Source: a virus
Taxonomy: Duplodnaviria; Caudoviricetes
Virus record (IMG/VR): IMGVR_UViG_3300037991_002019
Location: 1-24,449 of that record
DNA length: 24,449 nucleotides
Reading direction: 5' to 3' (one strand)
The translations under genes were made by a program, and so were the position numbers. Under the pieces are notes generated by a model. The model was given only the letters and a program-made list of their open reading frames with translations, was not told the origin of the DNA and did not search any database. This document shows, piece after piece, positions 18,545 to 24,449 of the stretch. Each line of letters opens with the position of its first letter. The first letter of the stretch is position 1.

Positions 18545-19043
18545 TGTAGGATCTCCTTTTATTTACATACTCAATAAAATCATCAGAACAATTTCCATAA
18601 TAATTCTGACTCTCTAAAAACATAGAAAAGTTATTTAACTCTTCCAATCTTTGGATAAACACCATACCATATTCATAATCTACAACCTGTTCATATAAAT
18701 CACAAGTAAGATTAGGGTCATTAGGCTCGTCATCATCGGGATCGAAAACCATAACATAGAGATCTTTATCGACGATTCTCTCGTTATACCTTTCTGCCCA
18801 AGGTTCTGGATTCTTCCATAATGCAGGATCATAAACAACAACTACTAGTTTGTAGTCATCATTCCATCTATACACCTGTTGACGAACCGTTGCCTTATCA
18901 CCCATAACAATCTTTACTTGCTGATCTCTCCATGCTTTAACGGCAAAAGGACATGGCTTATTACCGTTGTAGAATGCAGATGGCACATCTAAGTAATCAA
19001 AGATCCAGTTTTCAATTTCTTTTTTGATTAGTTCTAGATCCAC
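18522..19043 (-). CDS. Hypothetical protein with PCPFA motif (DUF1415-like, tentative)
   Basis: GTG start. I.NWI.......N...PCPFA..AW and later IQRLEELN motifs recall DUF1415-type proteins. Confidence 0.55.
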   Translation of the reverse strand: MDLELIKKEIENWIFDYLDVPSAFYNGNKPCPFAVKAWRDQQVKIVMGDKATVRQQVYRWNDDYKLVVVVYDPALWKNPEPWAERYNERIVDKDLYVMVFDPDDDEPNDPNLTCDLYEQVVDYEYGMVFIQRLEELNNFSMFLESQNYYGNCSDDFIEYVNKRRSYNAGKKKG

Positions 19044-19140
19044 GTTTACCCTTTGGAATGTTTTGAGTGACTAGCTTTTGAGCATCTTTATCTGTGTATC
19101 TAGTAGTTGTACCACATGCACATTTAAATTTGCTTTTCAT
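19012..19140 (-). CDS. Small basic CxC protein (42 aa)
   Basis: Not in the track. MKSKFKCACGTTTRYTDKDAQKLVTQNIPKGKRGSRTNQKRN; ATGA overlap with the upstream stop. Confidence 0.55.
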   Translation of the reverse strand: MKSKFKCACGTTTRYTDKDAQKLVTQNIPKGKRGSRTNQKRN

Positions 19141-19325
19141 GGTCTGCCAACTTTGCGACCACCACCAAGAACTCCACGTTTAGCTTTAGGCTTTTTAACG
19201 GTTGTCTTAACTGGTGCCTTAGCTTTAGTTTTTGCACCAAGAGTTCGAGCACCTACACGAGGTTTAACCTTAGCACCTTTTCTAGCACCCTTCTTCTTTC
19301 CTTCTTCTTCTTTCTTTCTAGCCAT
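19137..19325 (-). CDS. Small Lys/Arg/Gly/Ala-rich basic protein (62 aa), histone H1-like composition
   Basis: AAGGAGA RBS; MARKKEEEGKKKGARKGAKVKP...KKPKAKRG. Confidence 0.7.
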   Translation of the reverse strand: MARKKEEEGKKKGARKGAKVKPRVGARTLGAKTKAKAPVKTTVKKPKAKRGVLGGGRKVGRP

Positions 19326-19336
19326 GATAATTCTCC

Positions 19337-20389
19337 TTATAATGTTATCTGTCTGGGGGGATGAGATTTGTAGATATGATCATCAGGAAGCTTATCTACA
19401 ATATCAAACTTAAACATTAAGCCTCCTTCTAGTTTTTTAATATCCTCTAAAAACGATGAGTCATTTTGACTATCAGCCTTTAAGAATGCAAATTCATAAA
19501 TATTTATATTAGGACCGAATAGTGAAAAACCACCTGAAAATCCATTACCTAAAGTAATATCTACCGAACCGGGAGATATAGCATTACCCACACTACTAGC
19601 ATCTTGAGTATTATTTCCATTTACTCTAGTAAAGGCTCGATTATTAATTCGACCAGCTACAACTAAATTAACGTCATCATAAATAAAAGATGAACTAACA
19701 TCAAGTGGTTGAGTGGATGATCCAATTACAACTTTAATAGCATTAGTGGAAGAAGTAGAATCATGTTCCACTCTAAAATGACCAGTTGTTCCTGTTGAGT
19801 TAATTTGAAAAAGAGTTTTACTAGAATTAGAACTAGGTAAACTAAAAAACATTGCCATACAGAAATCATGATTAGCGTCTACACTAAAACCTGTAGGAAT
19901 ATTAGCGTTGGGATAATACAAAAGATCAGCTGAAGAAGGAACAAAATCAGCATACGGAAATCTATTATTAGCTGTATCTGTATTTACATAATTAGGAGCT
20001 GGGTTGGCTGCAACAATAGTGCTCCCAGTAAAACTGGTCCAAGAATCAACATCGCCAGCGGTTGTGCTTGATTCCCGTAGATTTTCAGACTTTAACCAAT
20101 CTACCACAGTATTACCAGAGCTCATTAGTTCTTGATCGGGATGCCAAATAGCACCAATTCTATGATTCCAAAATTGATCCCAGTATTCAGGAATAACAAA
20201 ATTTACATCTCTATTTTCTAAAATAGATTCCACAACAGAATGACAATAATCTTCTGGACCTCTACCAACAATAGTATCAGCATTAGCAGAAACAACATGG
20301 TCAATGCCAGAGTGGTTAATACTGCCATGTCTTTGCAACGTTCGAATACCACCGGGGAGTTCTTGTTTACCAAATCTAATCTTAGCCAT
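19337..20389 (-). CDS. LamG/concanavalin-like beta-sandwich virion protein (350 aa)
   Basis: Likely start MAKIRFGK at 20389 (TAATG overlap). W......V.DW, LGNG....NIYEF and a C-terminal KLEGGL..KF....LP.DHIYK..PP pattern are seen in phage LamG-like proteins. Confidence 0.55.
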   Translation of the reverse strand: MAKIRFGKQELPGGIRTLQRHGSINHSGIDHVVSANADTIVGRGPEDYCHSVVESILENRDVNFVIPEYWDQFWNHRIGAIWHPDQELMSSGNTVVDWLKSENLRESSTTAGDVDSWTSFTGSTIVAANPAPNYVNTDTANNRFPYADFVPSSADLLYYPNANIPTGFSVDANHDFCMAMFFSLPSSNSSKTLFQINSTGTTGHFRVEHDSTSSTNAIKVVIGSSTQPLDVSSSFIYDDVNLVVAGRINNRAFTRVNGNNTQDASSVGNAISPGSVDITLGNGFSGGFSLFGPNINIYEFAFLKADSQNDSSFLEDIKKLEGGLMFKFDIVDKLPDDHIYKSHPPRQITL

Positions 20390-20682
20390 TAGCATCTCCA
20401 TCTTCTGCGAGCGGCACAAATTCTTTTCTTAGGAGTCTTAGAGCAATTAATTCCATGCATTTTCATTTGACCCTTAGATCTAGAACAATAACTTTTACGA
20501 CGCTTTGCTCTTTTACCGGTAGGTTTAGCTTCAGTCACAGCAGTCTTAAGCTTTGATCCGGGGTTCTGTCTACGGTATTTAGCCACGCCTTTAGCGGACA
20601 TTCCAGCACCCTTACTTGTAGGACGTTTATCTCCACTCTTAATAGACATACCTTTCATACTACCCTTACGCTTCTTTGCCAT
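20389..20682 (-). CDS. Basic phage protein (97 aa), DUF6321-like (tentative)
   Basis: GMSAKGVAKYRRQNPGSKLKTAVT...RRKSYCSRSKG...ARRRWRC is a motif I recognise from marine phage hypothetical proteins. Confidence 0.7.
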   Translation of the reverse strand: MAKKRKGSMKGMSIKSGDKRPTSKGAGMSAKGVAKYRRQNPGSKLKTAVTEAKPTGKRAKRRKSYCSRSKGQMKMHGINCSKTPKKRICAARRRWRC

Positions 20683-20694
20683 GACTAACCCCCT

Positions 20695-20889
20695 TTAAAG
20701 TGCTTCACCACGAATATTATAGTCTGGTTTAAATTTCTTTTCAATCATTTTCTTACGAATAGCAGGAGCCACAGGACACTTGGACTCGGCTTCACCGCCA
20801 AGAACTACATCACCACCAGCTTCAATCTCAACAGAGATACATCTGCCAGAGCAGCAACCAGTCAACAATAACAATGCAATATACTTCAT
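20695..20889 (-). CDS. Small putative lipoprotein (64 aa)
   Basis: MKYIALLLLTG|C lipobox; AAGGAG RBS; ATGA overlap with the upstream gene. Confidence 0.6.
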   Translation of the reverse strand: MKYIALLLLTGCCSGRCISVEIEAGGDVVLGGEAESKCPVAPAIRKKMIEKKFKPDYNIRGEAL

Positions 20890-21050
20890 TTCTTCTCCTT
20901 AATTTTCTTTTGTAAAAATGGAGGCAAAGTTTGTTGTGCCTTTGTCAACTTCTTGCCATTACCGTTTTCTTTTGATTTAACACTGTTCTTTTTCTTTTTA
21001 ACAACAGCTTTCTTTTTCTTAGTAGTTTTCTTAGTAGCAGGTTTTCTCAT
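20886..21050 (-). CDS. Small Lys-rich basic protein (54 aa)
   Basis: Not in the track. MRKPATKKTTKKKKAVVKKKKNSVKSKENGNGKKLTKAQQTLPPFLQKKIKEKK; ATGA overlaps at both ends. Confidence 0.7.
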   Translation of the reverse strand: MRKPATKKTTKKKKAVVKKKKNSVKSKENGNGKKLTKAQQTLPPFLQKKIKEKK

Positions 21051-21268
21051 TTCTTAGACCTCTTCTTTTTCTTCCACGAAATACGAGCTGGTCCTTTCTT
21101 CTTGGACTTGGCAGCAGTACATTGAGCTTTTGTAGGACGGCAAGCAGGGTATGGACGCTTTGATCCACCCTTAGCAGACTTGCGACCACATGGCTTTCCG
21201 GTCTTACAATCAATCCAACCTTTGCCTTTGTTGCGGCTGAACCATTTCTTAAGACCTTCCTTAGCCAT
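21047..21268 (-). CDS. Small basic Cys-containing phage protein (73 aa)
   Basis: GLKKWF.....WIDCKTGKPCGRK.....KRPYPACRP motif typical of marine phage hypothetical proteins; TAATG overlap. Confidence 0.75.
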   Translation of the reverse strand: MAKEGLKKWFSRNKGKGWIDCKTGKPCGRKSAKGGSKRPYPACRPTKAQCTAAKSKKKGPARISWKKKKRSKK

Positions 21269-21426
21269 TACTTCTTCTTCCCTTTACTCTTATTACCCCA
21301 ATTTTTGGCACCGACTTTGCGGCACTTAACCAAAGCACCAGACGCATAGGCACTGGGCCATTTGGTATAGCGGCTCTTAACTTTATTATAACAAGCATCA
21401 CGCTTTGCTGGTTTCTTCTTAGCCAT
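21268..21426 (-). CDS. Small basic phage protein (52 aa) with WPSAYASG motif
   Basis: Not in the track. MAKKKPAKRDACYNKVKSRYTKWPSAYASGALVKCRKVGAKNWGNKSKGKKK; AAGGAG RBS; TAATG coupling to the next gene. Confidence 0.8.
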   Translation of the reverse strand: MAKKKPAKRDACYNKVKSRYTKWPSAYASGALVKCRKVGAKNWGNKSKGKKK

Positions 21427-22225
21427 GTCTTCTCCTTCGTTTCCAGAATAATAATAGGGGCAATGCCCACACGCCCTTAGACTCAGCCACGATAATCATC
21501 TCGGGCTCGGGCGGAATAATAACAGGCGGAGGAGGGATATACTCATCTGGTTCAACAAAAGTAACTTCCTTCTCAGCGGGTTGTTCAATAGCCATGGGTT
21601 CTTCTTCTTCAGTAACCAGTTCAATCAATGACTCTTCAGGCTCCATCTCCTCAACAAGCTCTTCTATCTCAGCTCTAGCTACAAAATAACCAAAGCTTTC
21701 TGCAATAAAATAGTCTTCGTCTTCTGTTAAGAAGTAATATTCCTTCTCAGCAGCCTGTGTAAGATCAGCTTCTGTCTCTAGTTCTTGTGCAGGGTTGGGA
21801 ATATCTGCCCATGAATCTTCAAACAAATCAAACTTCATACCTTCTTTAGCATCAAAGATACTATCCTGATCCCCTTGTACTAACACAGCATTACCTGTTG
21901 TATCGTTATCAGGCATCTTAATCTCAGGTGTAATCCAATCTAAATCAAGAGCATAAGGATCTTTCTTGTCTACAGGAGCAGCACCCAGTGTATCTGTAAG
22001 ACCAGTTACTTGTTCTACAGTTTCAGTTACCTTACTTAACACTTCACCACCAACTACTGTACCAGTAACAGCAGCAGCCAAGGTCATCTTCTGTACTTTC
22101 TTTTCAAGACCCTGCTTGATATTAGCACAGTCTTCGTATGCAGTTTTTAGTTTGCGATTGTTTTCTTCACGGCAGTCTTCTAGCTGCTGCTTTATCCTCG
22201 CGAGTTGTTCTTCATAATTGTCCAC
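21419..22225 (-). CDS. Acidic protein with N-terminal coiled coil and C-terminal PEP-CTERM-like anchor (268 aa)
   Basis: Coiled coil, a hydrophobic LAAAVTGTVVGG segment, a Glu-rich body and a Pro-rich linker, ending PEPEMIIVAESKGVWALPLLLFWKRRRRHG. Confidence 0.6.
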   Translation of the reverse strand: MDNYEEQLARIKQQLEDCREENNRKLKTAYEDCANIKQGLEKKVQKMTLAAAVTGTVVGGEVLSKVTETVEQVTGLTDTLGAAPVDKKDPYALDLDWITPEIKMPDNDTTGNAVLVQGDQDSIFDAKEGMKFDLFEDSWADIPNPAQELETEADLTQAAEKEYYFLTEDEDYFIAESFGYFVARAEIEELVEEMEPEESLIELVTEEEEPMAIEQPAEKEVTFVEPDEYIPPPPVIIPPEPEMIIVAESKGVWALPLLLFWKRRRRHG

Positions 22226-23804
22226 CGCCCATTCCCCCTAAGCCCTGTAATGTTTGTTGAATATTTTGACCACCTGTTTGCTCTAAGTCCATCATGGCAG
22301 CATTAGATACGCCTTGAGAGATAGCCCCGCTAGCATTCATTTGCTGCTGAGCAGCCATGGCTTCACGTTGTTTCTCAGCTTCTTCAGCCTTGATATCCTC
22401 ATCAGTACGCACCCAGTTGTTAGCATCAAAGCCAAGAGCGGTAATCAAAGCACGACCATACTCCTCAAATTTAAATGTTCTCATAGCATCTTGTGGTAAG
22501 TTACGCATCATCTCACCCAGTTGCATTAACTTCATGAGATCTGTATCTCTACTCAATGCTTGTAGTCCTGTAATAATTTCTACATTCAAGGCACCATCAC
22601 GGGTGAAGAACTGTTGTCGAAGTCTTTCGTCAATCTCACCATTTTCTAACATTAAGAAGACAGCTCGTTCAACCAAAGGTACAAACAATTCTCTAGCGAT
22701 AGAGCTAAATGCACCACCCAAAACCATTTCTAACTCCTGTCCGATACGTCGAACAGCAGTAGCAGTAACACGGTCACCACTAGGAATAGATGCGGAGTCC
22801 AGTAAGAATGCCTGTCCTACCTCTCTACGCATTGTTTCAACAGCTTGGAAAGTTGCTTGGATTTGTGGATTCATAGTCTGTGCAGGCGAGAGAGTGAATA
22901 CATCTGCAGTTCTAGCAGGAACCCAACTACCATTAGATTGACCGGCAAGATCATCAATCTCTGTAATACCAGCAGGATCTACACCCATCCAGAATGTGGA
23001 TGCTGCAGCCATGCCTTCTTGGCTAGCCTCAGTAAAAGCTTCTAAAGACTGGATGTCTCCAGCGATATCTTCGCAATGAGAACGACCATAATTTTCACCA
23101 GCAACAGAAGCCCAACGTAACGGGATAACTGGGAACACCGAGTATGAACCTCTCTCGATGATTTGATCATTCTGCTCTCTCTCAACTGTCCACTCATCTT
23201 CACCCTCCTCTTTTGTTAAACGAGTGTAAATAACTTCGTAACCTTCAGAGGCGTAGTCTGCGGCATATTGAGCACGGAAGTTATCTTCAATTGCCTCATC
23301 ATTACTTGATGCAACAAACTCTAGGTAAATAATTTCTTTAGGATCACCGTTTACTTCTCTTCGCATAACATAGTGATCGAAACGAATAACTCTAAAAGTA
23401 AAATCATCTTCCATAATAATGATACTATCACCAACAACAATAAGATGTTGCAACGCTTGGAAGATAGTTTCCCTTAAATTCTTAGAAGAAATTTTTCTAT
23501 AAACCTGACCACTCATAGCTTCTAAATAGCTGTTAACTTCAGGATCAGGCTCAGTCCCCGGTCTTAAATTAAATTTAAAGAAGGGGCTATCGTTTACAGG
23601 GAGCATAGCAGAAAGCATTCTAGATGCCATACCTACCACACCACGAGCAGACACAGAACTAAAAGGTTGAGGTAGCTGTTCTTCATTTGTCCAACCAGAC
23701 GGAGGAAGTACGGTTGGTACAGTAAGACTAGCAAGATATCTAGATCTTTCTAACTTCCTAATTCTTCTGCTATCAAGCTCTCTGAAACGATCTTTAATGC
23801 TCAT
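22212..23804 (-). CDS. Portal / head-tail connector (T7 gp8-like)
   Basis: SVSARGVVGMASRMLSAMLP...PFF, IPLRW....GENYGRS, GDRVTATAVRRIGQELEMVLGGAFS and IITGLQALSR motifs. Confidence 0.96.
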   Translation of the reverse strand: MSIKDRFRELDSRRIRKLERSRYLASLTVPTVLPPSGWTNEEQLPQPFSSVSARGVVGMASRMLSAMLPVNDSPFFKFNLRPGTEPDPEVNSYLEAMSGQVYRKISSKNLRETIFQALQHLIVVGDSIIIMEDDFTFRVIRFDHYVMRREVNGDPKEIIYLEFVASSNDEAIEDNFRAQYAADYASEGYEVIYTRLTKEEGEDEWTVEREQNDQIIERGSYSVFPVIPLRWASVAGENYGRSHCEDIAGDIQSLEAFTEASQEGMAAASTFWMGVDPAGITEIDDLAGQSNGSWVPARTADVFTLSPAQTMNPQIQATFQAVETMRREVGQAFLLDSASIPSGDRVTATAVRRIGQELEMVLGGAFSSIARELFVPLVERAVFLMLENGEIDERLRQQFFTRDGALNVEIITGLQALSRDTDLMKLMQLGEMMRNLPQDAMRTFKFEEYGRALITALGFDANNWVRTDEDIKAEEAEKQREAMAAQQQMNASGAISQGVSNAAMMDLEQTGGQNIQQTLQGLGGMGGGQL

Positions 23805-24133
23805 TATTTAGGTCTTTTCTTTGTATCAACAATCTGAACACCGGGACGATCAGTAAAGAATCCCATAATATTTTGTGCTGCTCTATCTTGAGCGGTGTAT
23901 TCTTGGATTGCTTCTTCTTCTCTCTCTTCAATCTCTTCTTGTTCAGCCTGCATAGCGGCTAATTGCTCTTCTCTTGCTGCACGCTCCATAGAAATACGAA
24001 GCTTCTCTTCTTCCATGCGACTCATTCTTTGTTGTTCTCGTTCTTCCAAACGATACTCTCGTTCTTTTTCCATCTGCCGAGTCATCATAGCCTCTTGTGC
24101 TGCAGGATCGTAATCGCTTCCACCCATTCCCAT
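23804..24133 (-). CDS. Glu/Arg-rich coiled-coil protein upstream of portal (gp7.3/gp6.7-like position)
   Basis: AGGAG RBS; TAATG overlaps on both sides; 109 aa. Confidence 0.7.
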   Translation of the reverse strand: MGMGGSDYDPAAQEAMMTRQMEKEREYRLEEREQQRMSRMEEEKLRISMERAAREEQLAAMQAEQEEIEEREEEAIQEYTAQDRAAQNIMGFFTDRPGVQIVDTKKRPK

Positions 24134-24449
24134 TACATTTTCCTCCTTGGTATTCTAACCATACCGATTGTTTTTTTAGTATTCCTACCTGCAACTCTAG
24201 ATTGTGTAAGCATATCTTCTGCCATACGATCAGCTGCAAGTTGTCTACGTTCAACATTAAAAGTAGACGAGTCAAGTTTAGATCTTGCTTCATCATACCT
24301 AGCCTTGAAAGGCATCATGGCAAGTCTTCTAGCTTCCAGTTTCATAGTAAAATCGTGAGTCATTCTAGAGCCAAGCTCAGCGCGGTATCGCATAAAGTGA
24401 GCATGTCTTTTCGCCCTTTTCTTTTTCTTTGATTTACCAAATAACAAAG
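24133..24449 (-). CDS. Basic hypothetical protein, probably 5'-truncated by the window edge
   Basis: The frame is open to the right edge, so the TTG start in the track is probably an edge artefact. TAATG overlap with the next gene. Confidence 0.55.
   Translation of the reverse strand, partial: LLFGKSKKKKRAKRHAHFMRYRAELGSRMTHDFTMKLEARRLAMMPFKARYDEARSKLDSSTFNVERRQLAADRMAEDMLTQSRVAGRNTKKTIGMVRIPRRKM

Noticed and set aside
21031-21470. Track ORFs 21261-21470 and 21031-21213 (minus strand)
   Set aside because: These are alternative frames over the better-supported 52 aa and 73 aa basic genes, which have RBS or coupling evidence and recognisable motifs.
23943-24296. 117 aa minus-strand ORF
   Set aside because: It overlaps two coupled genes out of frame and has no supporting features.
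591-24432. All plus-strand ORFs in the track (e.g. 22357-22941, 15503-15919, 8454-8810, 23963-24358)
   Set aside because: They are antisense shadows of well-supported minus-strand genes, with no recognisable motifs.
1-24449. Repeated T7-type phage RNA polymerase promoters, CRISPR arrays, tRNAs, DGR repeats, stop-codon recoding
   Set aside because: I saw no repeated ~20 bp intergenic motif, repeat-spacer pattern, cloverleaf or TR/VR pair by eye. Genes tile fully under the standard code, with TAA, TGA and TAG all used as stops.

Overview
This window is the virion morphogenesis region of a T7-like (Autographiviridae-like) podovirus. It is AT-rich, and every credible gene is on the minus strand, tightly packed with TAATG/ATGA overlaps and AGGAG ribosome-binding sites. 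In transcription order (right to left) the genes are: two small ORFs, portal, a ~5.2 kb accessory insert of about 15 ORFs, scaffold, a structured ~160 nt leader, an extended major capsid protein, a GC-rich terminator hairpin, tail tubular A, an enlarged tail tubular B, an Mtd_N-like fibre protein, an 891 aa Cys-rich protein with a small CxxC partner, TerS, a small membrane protein, TerL, a gp14-like protein, and a large internal virion protein that runs off the left edge. The accessory insert holds seven tiny Lys/Arg-rich proteins, a PEP-CTERM-like protein, two lipoproteins and several beta-rich proteins. Seven real-looking ORFs are missing from the supplied track and were translated by hand. 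The most notable oddities are the basic-microprotein cluster, an apparent total absence of CCWGG, a rearranged gene order, flagellar-cap-like inserts in the nozzle, and motifs hinting at a Planctomycetota-type host. All family assignments come from motif recognition and synteny, not from database searches.
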